The position numbers and the translations under genes were made by a program. A stretch of 64,000 nt of DNA from positions 243,550 through 307,549 of IMG/VR virus record IMGVR_UViG_3300028887_000066; one strand, written 5' to 3'. Source of the stretch: a virus (taxonomy: Duplodnaviria; Heunggongvirae; Uroviricota; Caudoviricetes). The notes below the pieces were generated by a model. The model saw only the letters and a list, made by a program, of their open reading frames with translations, did no database searches and was not told the origin of the DNA. Shown piece by piece: positions 56,055-64,000 of this stretch (positions are counted from its first letter, which is position 1; each line of letters starts with the position of its first letter).

Positions 56055-57584
56055 CTATTCGCTCACTAACTGGAAGTCTGTTGTACGATAGTTTTGGTTA
56101 TCACCTACTACACCATCTTCGATAGCTTTCTTCGGGCCGTTTCCTATGATGATAAAACGATTTGCATCAAACCCGTATTCTCTGATGAGGTAATTAGCTA
56201 CTGCCTGCGCACGGCGTTTTGAAAGCTCTACGTTATAGGCTTGATTGCCCGTATTGTCAGTATTTCCAACAATTTTAACACGAGAACCTGCAAACTGCTT
56301 CGCTATGCCAACGAACTCTCTGTCAATAAGTGTTTTCGCATCGTTACTAAGCAAGTCACTATTAACACCAAACTCGATGGTAAGCTTCTTATCGGAAATA
56401 ACCTCCTTATTCACTATTTCCTCTGTAACGGCTGTAAACTTAACACTTGTTTCCGCATCCTGATTACCCTGCACCAATTCAGTATCGCCATCTAATGCCT
56501 CAATAATAGCTGAATTAGACACCTTGCGCCAAGACAAAGGCTTTTTACACAGCCCAAGACCTTCATATGTACGTGCCATTTTAGAATATAGTTCATCGCC
56601 CTTAATACCCGTGTATGAACTATTCAAACCGAAGAAATTAAGTTCATCACCCAATGTGGCATAACGGATATTTTTACTTCCCTCTACGGCAAACTCTGTA
56701 TCAGTACCATATGCCTTTGCAAAAGCGTCTGCTGCAAAATTCACCGCATTTTCATCTGTATTCATCAAATTATTGGCATAAAGCAATGCAGCAACAAGCT
56801 TCTTCAACTTATCCGAATTGTTATCGATGTATGTTTGTTTTGCAATAAGACAGTCACAAATAATATTTGAAGCTTGCTTTGTCGATACAAGTACCTTTGC
56901 TCCAGCAATAGATGCTACGATGTCTTGATCATCGGGAGAAAACACCACTGCCGCATCACATTGTCCAGACTTAAACACTTGTGCCGCATCAAGTCCGCTT
57001 GCTACAACCTTAATATTCACTTTGTCGTTCTTAACACCTTCTCCTGTATTTACCTTGTCATACCCAATACCATTTGTCTCCAAGGTATTCAAGAGCAATG
57101 TATGGGAGGCGGTTCCTTCAGAGCAAGCCACAACCTTACCGATCAAATCACCTACTGTAGAAATATTCTTATTTACTACGATGGCATCCGCTCCACGAGA
57201 CCAATTTGACAGATTAAACAAACGCGCATCAGCCATATCAGAACCCTCACTCATTTCTACAGGTAAGGCATCCGCCGTACAATACAGGACATCAATGTCT
57301 CCATTTCTAAATGCGGCTCGACCTGCCTGAAAATCATCCTGTACAAGAATCTTCAACTTGATTCCGTAGTTCTTGTAGATATAAGAATCCTCATTCGGCT
57401 CAAGTCCGTTGTTTAGATACATGAACGGCATAAAGCCTGCATACGTATTAGTTCCAACGACAATCACGTCCTTATCAGAACTACCACCAAAACCTGTGTA
57501 CTTGGAAATGCCGAAAACGGCTCCTGCAACAATGATAACAATAAGGGCAATCTTTACCCAAGGTCTAACAATCATCTTTGCCAT
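56055..57584 (-). CDS. fusion protein: N-terminal TM anchor, NMT1/TauA-like ABC substrate-binding domain, C-terminal OmpA/MotB peptidoglycan-binding domain
   Basis: C-terminal NTDNTGNQAYNVELSKRRAQAVANYLI is the OmpA-like motif; the central region resembles periplasmic sulfonate/nitrate binding proteins. Confidence 0.7.
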   Translation of the reverse strand: MAKMIVRPWVKIALIVIIVAGAVFGISKYTGFGGSSDKDVIVVGTNTYAGFMPFMYLNNGLEPNEDSYIYKNYGIKLKILVQDDFQAGRAAFRNGDIDVLYCTADALPVEMSEGSDMADARLFNLSNWSRGADAIVVNKNISTVGDLIGKVVACSEGTASHTLLLNTLETNGIGYDKVNTGEGVKNDKVNIKVVASGLDAAQVFKSGQCDAAVVFSPDDQDIVASIAGAKVLVSTKQASNIICDCLIAKQTYIDNNSDKLKKLVAALLYANNLMNTDENAVNFAADAFAKAYGTDTEFAVEGSKNIRYATLGDELNFFGLNSSYTGIKGDELYSKMARTYEGLGLCKKPLSWRKVSNSAIIEALDGDTELVQGNQDAETSVKFTAVTEEIVNKEVISDKKLTIEFGVNSDLLSNDAKTLIDREFVGIAKQFAGSRVKIVGNTDNTGNQAYNVELSKRRAQAVANYLIREYGFDANRFIIIGNGPKKAIEDGVVGDNQNYRTTDFQLVSE

Positions 57585-57632
57585 AAATCTTTAAATTTTT
57601 TTTAATTAATATTAAACTTTTTAACTCTTTTT

Positions 57633-58643
57633 TCAATCAAACCAATTTTCTTTAATTTTCGGTACAGTATTTACAACTTCGGCTTTCTGCATATTTGCCA
57701 TAACATATTCAGGTTTCTTGCTACCAAAATTTGTAAGAATACCGTCAATACCGAACTGATCATACTTTTCAAGTAATGCTGTAGCCTTTTCCGAAACAAT
57801 TTCGTTGTCAAGGTCAATCTCACTCATAATACTACCTGTCTCATTAATAATATCCTCCATTTCTCCAAGTTTTTGAGTAATGTCATAGGACATATTATCC
57901 ATAGCCATAGTAAATGTGTTCAGTTTGTCATCCTGTTTGAGGATACCCATAACACTTGTGAATACCTTGTGCTGCTTCTTAATCATTTCCCATTCCTCAA
58001 CACGCTCATTCACTTCATTCTCGGTGTCTTTGACAGTAAGTTCTGCCGCATACTTCAAATCACCAAGTATCTTGTACCATTTACGTGCATCAGTAAGACG
58101 TTTCTCTTGACGTTTAATAACCCCATCAAGTCTTACTACGGAATGTTCATATACGGCTGCTTCTTGCGCCTTACCCTTTTCTTTGCATAACTGTAAGGCA
58201 AGAGCATCATGCTCCAATTTTTCTTTTTTCTCTTTTAGCCGCCTCTCAGAATCTTTAATAAGTCCATTTAATGAACCCATGTTCCTTTGTATCTCTTTAA
58301 TTTTCTCGTTCATCTTAATAAGATGATGCTTCACAATAGAAATGGGATCCATATCTACTACAATACCCATAATTTTCCTTACGAGCATAAAGTATAATTC
58401 ACTTACAATCTTCCTGATTTTTGGATCAAGAATGCAATACACTATTGCGGCAAGAGCAATACATAAACCAACAAATGTGATGGTATTTGCAAGTAACGAA
58501 TTGAGGAAAATAAGAATTGGGTTCAGGTGCATTATGAGAAAAATACCACCTAATGCCAATAATACCGTTCCTGTAACACTACCAGGCTTTTTAAAGAACG
58601 GAATTTTTGACTCACCTCCGTTATACTGAATAATATCATTCAT
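57633..58643 (-). CDS. membrane-anchored coiled-coil protein
   Basis: Two N-terminal TM helices followed by a long coiled coil. Confidence 0.55.
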   Translation of the reverse strand: MNDIIQYNGGESKIPFFKKPGSVTGTVLLALGGIFLIMHLNPILIFLNSLLANTITFVGLCIALAAIVYCILDPKIRKIVSELYFMLVRKIMGIVVDMDPISIVKHHLIKMNEKIKEIQRNMGSLNGLIKDSERRLKEKKEKLEHDALALQLCKEKGKAQEAAVYEHSVVRLDGVIKRQEKRLTDARKWYKILGDLKYAAELTVKDTENEVNERVEEWEMIKKQHKVFTSVMGILKQDDKLNTFTMAMDNMSYDITQKLGEMEDIINETGSIMSEIDLDNEIVSEKATALLEKYDQFGIDGILTNFGSKKPEYVMANMQKAEVVNTVPKIKENWFD

Positions 58644-58648
58644 AATGT

Positions 58649-59275
58649 TTAATCTTTAAGCGTTTTCTCAATTTTTTCTTTGTCTTCATTAAGTTTTCCA
58701 ACTAAGAATGAAACCGCTAGCTTCATATCCATTTCATTCTTGCTACATTTTGTTTCAGTCTCATCAACATCCTTTCTAAGGACATCGATTTTTGCTGTTA
58801 ACTGTGCGATTTGCTGAGTTATAGATTCGATTTCCTTCTTCTTGTCAACAACTGTAGCACGCACTTTTTCAACATCAGCTAACGCATCCTTTTCCCAATT
58901 TGTTAAACAGGAAATATAATGGTTAATGCTTTCAACCACATGACTCTTTGTTAACTGTGGCGCACCAGCCTTTAGTGACGTAAACGCTGCAAGAAAACGC
59001 ATACTTTCATCAGGAATAATGCTTGTCATATTTACATCATTCACTGCTTGCTTCAGTTCCATGTAGTCAGGGCCAGGAATGTTTTCCTGATCCAAACGCT
59101 CACACAACTTGTCTAACAACACTTGATTTAGTTGTCCTGTTGGTTGCTGAACAGTTGGCTGCTGCACTGTTTGTACGACTGTCGATTGTGGCACGGCTAT
59201 AGTTGAGGTCTCCTGTTTTCCTTCTTCCTCTACAACGAATGCCGATGCCACGGCTTTAAAAAACTTATTTGCCAT
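58649..59275 (-). CDS. hypothetical Gln/Val-rich coiled-coil protein
   Basis: ORF. Confidence 0.5.
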   Translation of the reverse strand: MANKFFKAVASAFVVEEEGKQETSTIAVPQSTVVQTVQQPTVQQPTGQLNQVLLDKLCERLDQENIPGPDYMELKQAVNDVNMTSIIPDESMRFLAAFTSLKAGAPQLTKSHVVESINHYISCLTNWEKDALADVEKVRATVVDKKKEIESITQQIAQLTAKIDVLRKDVDETETKCSKNEMDMKLAVSFLVGKLNEDKEKIEKTLKD

Positions 59276-59322
59276 TATATCTAAAATTTTATTGTTTTTC
59301 TTCTCAAATATACATTTAATTT

Positions 59323-59970
59323 CTAATTGTCAAACCAAAATACGGCGCGTACTTCATACTCTCCTGAAATTTCATAGCCTTTCATAGCACCAACAAGGGC
59401 AACCCATTCCTCATAGTCACCATGCCATCCTTGATCTTCATTATAGAATGTCTCGTTCACAGCTTTTTCCATTTCCTGCGTTGTACACCAATTAGGAGAA
59501 TGCCAATCTGGCCCTGTTACTAATTTCATATCTTTATTATCAGGGTTCGAAATCCATTTTGAATAGCCTTTCTCCACCCACTCATTAGCACTGCTTTCAG
59601 ATGTATAATACAAACTGCTATAGCCATACCTGTCTTCATTCTTATCATAATCTTCATCACTCACCACAATATAAGAATAAGAAAGAATTGTATCACCTGT
59701 AGCATCATCAGGAAAACCCCTATCCTCCAACGGCTCAATATCCCAATTATTCCTTACATCGTTAAGCCTTGCAAACATCCCGTAAACACGGTCAGACCAT
59801 ACAGAATGATAGCCAAACAAATAACATTGCTTCCACTTGTCAGCCTTTTCAATCCAATACTTTTCAGGGGAAATTTCATTCCCTTTATCATCATACTTCG
59901 CCTTGAAAATAATGTGTTTCTTGTCTTTCTTCAGACGACGTTCAAGTTTCAAATGAATATCACATCCCAT
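59323..59970 (-). CDS. hypothetical protein (215 aa)
   Basis: ORF. Confidence 0.55.
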   Translation of the reverse strand: MGCDIHLKLERRLKKDKKHIIFKAKYDDKGNEISPEKYWIEKADKWKQCYLFGYHSVWSDRVYGMFARLNDVRNNWDIEPLEDRGFPDDATGDTILSYSYIVVSDEDYDKNEDRYGYSSLYYTSESSANEWVEKGYSKWISNPDNKDMKLVTGPDWHSPNWCTTQEMEKAVNETFYNEDQGWHGDYEEWVALVGAMKGYEISGEYEVRAVFWFDN

Positions 59971-59983
59971 ATTCTATCTTTAT

Positions 59984-60181
59984 TTAATTTTGTTTATTGT
60001 TAAATTTTTCACATATCTCTCCAAAAGGTAAATTCCATATATCAGTGTTACTTAATAGCCATTCACATATTTCGTGGGAGTATTTTGAATCACCAAATGT
60101 ATGAATAATATCATAGCACAAATCAAAGTTTATACCATATTTGACACAATATTGCACTGTGATTTCATTATAGCCATTCAT
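59984..60181 (-). CDS. hypothetical small protein (65 aa)
   Basis: ORF. Confidence 0.4.
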   Translation of the reverse strand: MNGYNEITVQYCVKYGINFDLCYDIIHTFGDSKYSHEICEWLLSNTDIWNLPFGEICEKFNNKQN

Positions 60182-61044
60182 AGTTTTTTCTGTATTTCAC
60201 GCACATAATCAATGTGTTCCTGAGACATTGGGACACCTGTGAAATTCACATGCAAGAATGCCTCAATTACGTCCTCATCGGTAGTTCCCTCTTCCATTTC
60301 ACCATAAGTAAGCACCTGACTGTTTCTGAAAAGATGCTGTGCGCGATCGGATAAATCAGAATAGTAGTTTCCGTGCATATCCTGGAATTTATCATTAACA
60401 AAGTCAATTATACACCCAAGACGCTGTTTTCCATCGACCACATCAAAGAAACCAACCTCTGAATTTCCATTCTTACACTGTTCCTCCACATACTTAAATG
60501 AACGTTTACGAAGAAGTACCATTCCACAATTTATGGATTGATAAACACTTTCAATGAATAACTGCTTATCTTTCAGTGTCCAACAGAAATCACGCTGATA
60601 GTATAGCTTCTCACCGTTTTTCAAAACATATGGGTTAAAATTACATTCACATGGGCAAATTCCGTTAATTTCGTACTTTTCAGCCTTTCTTCCGACACGG
60701 CCTGATGCCCCAATAAAAAGCATAATACCCTCAAGGTCATAATTGGTGGTGCGAATACGTCTATTCCAAGCCCTATCAGGAAACGGATTAGCCCCAACAT
60801 TAAACAATGAACGTTCAATCTGTGTCTTATCAAGAATAATATCATTAACTTTCCAATAGTCATGAGTTTTCCAATTCACGACAAATTTCCCATCAGGTAA
60901 TATCTTCTTAATGGTGATGTATTCTTTACGGTCAGGATCTCTCGCCAAATCGTCAAGAAAACCACACTTTGTAGTGGCTTCATCACCGACTTTCCATTCT
61001 TTTTCAAGAAATGCCTTAACCATTTCATCTTTCTTCTTTGCCAT
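60178..61044 (-). CDS. DUF262/ParB-like nuclease domain protein (DGQQR-type motif VVDGKQRLG)
   Basis: VVDGKQRLGCIIDF in the C-terminal half; start refined to Met at 61044 because the promoter lies at 61075-61112. Confidence 0.5.
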   Translation of the reverse strand: MAKKKDEMVKAFLEKEWKVGDEATTKCGFLDDLARDPDRKEYITIKKILPDGKFVVNWKTHDYWKVNDIILDKTQIERSLFNVGANPFPDRAWNRRIRTTNYDLEGIMLFIGASGRVGRKAEKYEINGICPCECNFNPYVLKNGEKLYYQRDFCWTLKDKQLFIESVYQSINCGMVLLRKRSFKYVEEQCKNGNSEVGFFDVVDGKQRLGCIIDFVNDKFQDMHGNYYSDLSDRAQHLFRNSQVLTYGEMEEGTTDEDVIEAFLHVNFTGVPMSQEHIDYVREIQKKL

Positions 61045-61074
61045 AACGCTGAACTTGTTTTTCTTTTGATTACA

Positions 61075-61112
61075 ATGCAAAGATAAGGCTTTTTCCCCAA
61101 TTAGCCAAATAA
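61075..61112 (-). promoter_or_regulatory. Bacteroidetes-type promoter (TTTGGCTAA..20 nt..TATCTTTG)
   Basis: caaagata 61078-61085 and tagccaaa 61102-61109. Confidence 0.6.
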
Positions 61113-61113
61113 T

Positions 61114-61626
61114 TCACTTTTTTTCATATGTTGTCTCGTTATAGGCTTTAATAGCCCTATCCACATCGTACCATTGTGGATGTTCTTTAACTTCTTGAAT
61201 AATGTTTTCAAAAATTTTACCATCAACATCAAGCCTACCTCCCTGCCACCATGATTGGATGTCCATAGAAAACCATCCACCATCGTTTTTAGTTCTAACA
61301 AACCAAAGATTATTGTCATCATATACTGGACAAGAACATTCTACAAAATAATCCGTTTCGGTCTCATAAAGCCAATCATGGTTTGGCATTTCGTCATTAT
61401 GCCAATGATCATATAATGATACAAGATTATATATCGGATTATCCTGTGTACATTCATCGTCAGGTACTGTAACCATTATAGATTTTGCTTCTTCGGGTGT
61501 TACAATTCTTTCACACTTGCAAATATAATGCCTTGACGGGCTTGTTTTGCCATCATCAAAGAAATGATAAAATTCACCTACTTTTGGGGTTGGTTTTAGC
61601 TCAATATTCTTATTTTCCATATACAC
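61114..61626 (-). CDS. hypothetical protein (170 aa)
   Basis: ORF. Confidence 0.55.
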   Translation of the reverse strand: MYMENKNIELKPTPKVGEFYHFFDDGKTSPSRHYICKCERIVTPEEAKSIMVTVPDDECTQDNPIYNLVSLYDHWHNDEMPNHDWLYETETDYFVECSCPVYDDNNLWFVRTKNDGGWFSMDIQSWWQGGRLDVDGKIFENIIQEVKEHPQWYDVDRAIKAYNETTYEKK

Positions 61627-61631
61627 TAATT

Positions 61632-62075
61632 TTATTTTAGCAATTCAGGATTATCGTACATGTTTCCCTCTACAACGGCATCCATTTCATCAAGCCACTT
61701 TTGATCAATAGTCTGCCAAATATCCCAAGACTCATCCAACTCAAAAACATTAGCCATCTTGAAACCTCCCTTATTGGGAAGATATTTTACGATTTTCAAC
61801 AACTTTTGCCCGTCGCTTAATACAACGGAAATAATATCCCCGTCATATATCTTAACGAAATTTTTATCAGTTAGCTCCGATAGCATTCCAACTGTGTCAC
61901 TTAACACTTCATATTTTAACCCTGTATTGGTAATAATTACGCCCTTGCCGTCAACTCCCACAATTGGCTGATAATAGCCATAACAAAATGAAAACGAACC
62001 ATCATTATTAGCATAGACGAATTTGCCTCTTACGGTGGGTATGAATTTTTTAAATATATCTGTACTTTTCATCAC
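61632..62075 (-). CDS. hypothetical protein (147 aa)
   Basis: ORF. Confidence 0.5.
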   Translation of the reverse strand: MMKSTDIFKKFIPTVRGKFVYANNDGSFSFCYGYYQPIVGVDGKGVIITNTGLKYEVLSDTVGMLSELTDKNFVKIYDGDIISVVLSDGQKLLKIVKYLPNKGGFKMANVFELDESWDIWQTIDQKWLDEMDAVVEGNMYDNPELLK

Positions 62076-62674
62076 CTGTACAATTTTTCTTCCTTGATCA
62101 AATTATCTATTTCTTTGCAAGTATAAACAGACACATCTTCACCGCTCTTTGCCATTTCCCTTATCTTGGTGGAATGTATTGTGACGGGTTCCTCTATCTT
62201 CAATGTTCCGTAATAATAATTAGAGTATCTTACGGCTTCACATATGTCGTTTCCGTCAAATAAAATTAAGAATTTATTAGACCTCAGCAACTCTTTTGAT
62301 TTAAACCACTTATCATCCAAAAGTTCCAAAAATGTCTCTTCAGTTATTATCCACCAAAATTTATGACCTATCATTTTATCCTCGCCACGAAGAAAATGAG
62401 TAATAAGGTCATAAGTATATTTTGGTCGGATAGTCGCTTCAATATCGTCAACCAACACATTCTCGGAAAGCCCAGAAAACATGTATCGGCACATCTGATA
62501 CCTTTTCCAAAAATCCAAACTTTCAGATTTATTAGGATTCTGATATGCAGGTATGATATGAATATGGTCTATCCCACAAAAATCCATCATGCCACTATTC
62601 AAAACCGCTTCAATACACTTTCTATGTCCTATATGAGGCGGATTAAAACTACCTAAGAATATTGCCCTGCTCAT
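62072..62674 (-). CDS. nicotinate/nicotinamide mononucleotide adenylyltransferase (NadD/NMNAT-like)
   Basis: LGSFNPPHIGH (HxGH nucleotidyltransferase motif) and TIHSTKIRE (ISSTxIR motif). Confidence 0.8.
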   Translation of the reverse strand: MSRAIFLGSFNPPHIGHRKCIEAVLNSGMMDFCGIDHIHIIPAYQNPNKSESLDFWKRYQMCRYMFSGLSENVLVDDIEATIRPKYTYDLITHFLRGEDKMIGHKFWWIITEETFLELLDDKWFKSKELLRSNKFLILFDGNDICEAVRYSNYYYGTLKIEEPVTIHSTKIREMAKSGEDVSVYTCKEIDNLIKEEKLYR

Positions 62675-62997
62675 CCTTCCAACATTTTATTAAGTTCATC
62701 GGCATTTCCGCACCATCCCAGCCCATTCAAACCAAGATAATACGCGCCAAGGTAAAAATCAAATGAATCCAGGTCAAACTTGTTAAGCTGTGGATGGAAT
62801 CTGTATTTAGTGTGGCATACAGGACATTCAAAAATAGCCATAAAGCCGTTATATGTTTCACACCATCCAACAAGCAACGGTTTCTCACCGTGTTTTACTC
62901 CACTGCCATTGCACTCAGGACATACGAACTCAGGGGCATATTCAATATCCTCCCACTGGCTTATCTTCGGTATAATGTCAATAACCTTCTTTTCCAT
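62671..62997 (-). CDS. small zinc-binding protein (CPEC .. CPVC)
   Basis: ORF downstream of the promoter at 63020-63057. Confidence 0.5.
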   Translation of the reverse strand: MEKKVIDIIPKISQWEDIEYAPEFVCPECNGSGVKHGEKPLLVGWCETYNGFMAIFECPVCHTKYRFHPQLNKFDLDSFDFYLGAYYLGLNGLGWCGNADELNKMLEG

Positions 62998-63019
62998 AAT
63001 TTATTTCTTTTTAATTACA

Positions 63020-63057
63020 TTGCAAATATAAGATTAATTTTTCATTTGGCCAAACTA
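63020..63057 (-). promoter_or_regulatory. Bacteroidetes-type promoter (TTTGGCCAA..20 nt..TATATTTG)
   Basis: caaatata 63023-63030 and ttggccaaa 63046-63054. Confidence 0.65.
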
Positions 63058-63106
63058 ATATACATAAAAATGAGCATTCATCCATGCGACAAATGCCCAT
63101 TTAGCC

Positions 63107-63736
63107 TTAGAAAACCGTGTACCAAATTTCAAGCAATTTTTGTTTCCATTTCGGATATGCATATTTCAATATACTCTTTTCATGTCCGAATGCCCATTCA
63201 TACTTTTTAACTTGATTTACAGGTATCCATTTAATATCCTGTACTTCATTTTTCTCTCCGCCTCTTCCATCATCCCAATCATCGAGATTAGGCCCAAGTA
63301 CATATTGGTGTTTTTTACCAAGAAATACCGTATGATGAATAGTCACATTACCGTTATTGCATTCAGAAGGTTCTGTTTGAACAAATACTGCCTTAAATCT
63401 TTCAGGTGGAATAACTTCGACGCATTCCTCCATTGTCTCGCGGGCGATCCCTTGACGTGAATTTTCATTTCTTTCAAGAAAACCACACGGACAGTTCCAA
63501 TAACCTTGAAAATCTGGAGTTCCGCTGCCACGACGATTAGCAAGGACACAATATTTACCGTTTACAACGGCATAAATAAACCCTGCCACAGCACAATACC
63601 TGCCATCATATAATGTTATTGTTTTATCCTTAGGCACGATAAAACTATCATCGTGACATTCAACGGCATTAATGTCGAATGCCTTATATGGTTTATTTCT
63701 CTCCATCATCCAATCTGTTTTAATAGATATGCACAT
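63107..63736 (-). CDS. NUDIX hydrolase
   Basis: Nudix box GFLERNENSRQGIARETMEECVEV. Confidence 0.8.
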   Translation of the reverse strand: MCISIKTDWMMERNKPYKAFDINAVECHDDSFIVPKDKTITLYDGRYCAVAGFIYAVVNGKYCVLANRRGSGTPDFQGYWNCPCGFLERNENSRQGIARETMEECVEVIPPERFKAVFVQTEPSECNNGNVTIHHTVFLGKKHQYVLGPNLDDWDDGRGGEKNEVQDIKWIPVNQVKKYEWAFGHEKSILKYAYPKWKQKLLEIWYTVF

Positions 63737-64000
63737 TTCTCCTGATTACCAAGTGTCTTGCCCCTGTCACAGGAAAGCTTTACACAGTCATGCCACTCAC
63801 GATTTTCGGTAATACGCATACCTGTAAGTTTTACCACGATATTGCTATATGGAAATTTCTCATTCGTTTCCTTATTAGTTACGTCAGCACAAAGATGTGT
63901 TCCAATGCCATAACTATCCTTCATCCGTCCACCAAGCCAATTATGAAGGTCGATAGCCTTATCGATGGTCAATGCATTACTGTACACAATAGACTTAGTA
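63706..64000 (-). CDS. partial CDS (5' end beyond window): C-terminal ~98 aa of a nicotinate/nicotinamide phosphoribosyltransferase (PF04095, Nampt/PncB family)
   Basis: SYGIGTHL .. NIVVKLTGM .. VKLSCDRGKTLGN match the family's C-terminal GIGT .. VVKL .. KLS..GK blocks. The frame is open to the window edge; the track's 63987 start is only a GTG inside the frame. Confidence 0.55.
   Translation of the reverse strand, partial: TKSIVYSNALTIDKAIDLHNWLGGRMKDSYGIGTHLCADVTNKETNEKFPYSNIVVKLTGMRITENREWHDCVKLSCDRGKTLGNQEKCAYLLKQIG

Noticed and set aside
24334-60181. DnaJ/J-domain co-chaperone near DnaK or GrpE
   Set aside because: No HPD tripeptide in a J-domain context was found in any ORF of the window.
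2500-63060. Recurring ~35-nt motif (ttgcaaa(g/t)ata(a/g)g .. ttggccaaa) considered as a CRISPR array or terminal/direct repeats
   Set aside because: Copies are dispersed tens of kb apart, always just upstream of leftward start codons. They match the Bacteroidetes -33/-7 promoter consensus on the minus strand, so they are promoters and not CRISPR or IS repeats.
1-64000. Stop-codon reassignment (TAG or TGA recoding) within this window
   Set aside because: ORFs up to 710 aa are intact in the standard code, and TAG, TGA and TAA all appear as apparent stops (for example TAG at 1693-1695). Recoding, if any, must affect genes outside this window.

Overview
This 64 kb window is AT-rich, densely coding and transcribed almost entirely on the minus strand. 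Most products are small (60-330 aa) and acidic. The content points to an early/auxiliary-metabolism region of a large (jumbo/mega-class) phage of a Bacteroidota host; no capsid, tail or terminase genes are recognisable here. Leftward genes repeatedly carry Bacteroidetes-type promoters with an extended -33 TTTGGCCAA element and a -7 TAnnTTTG box. A leftward tRNA operon (about 9.5-12.1 kb) holds 8 tRNAs. These include an amber-suppressor candidate (anticodon CUA) and two tRNAs with long variable arms but Glu/Cys anticodons. An endolysin amidase sits alone on the plus strand. Other supported genes include DnaK with GrpE, a UvrD helicase with an orphan DNA methyltransferase, an acyl-CoA synthetase with an ACP, an FNT channel, and an ABC transporter with a binding protein fused to an OmpA domain. 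There is an RNA-repair gene set: an Rnl2-like RNA ligase, the RNA 2'-phosphotransferase Tpt1, a Thg1-like enzyme and two metallophosphoesterases. An NAD-salvage set (NadD-like NMNAT, Nudix, and the C-terminal end of an NAPRTase/Nampt-family gene) runs off the right edge. The most unusual observation is a conserved N-terminal leader of about 20 aa shared by at least 6 unrelated proteins and ending in a hydrophobic-x-Glu motif. This resembles a prohead-protease capsid-targeting propeptide, which would make these injected virion proteins. No TAG/TGA recoding is needed to read ORFs inside this window. All calls rest on motif reading of the sequence without database searches.
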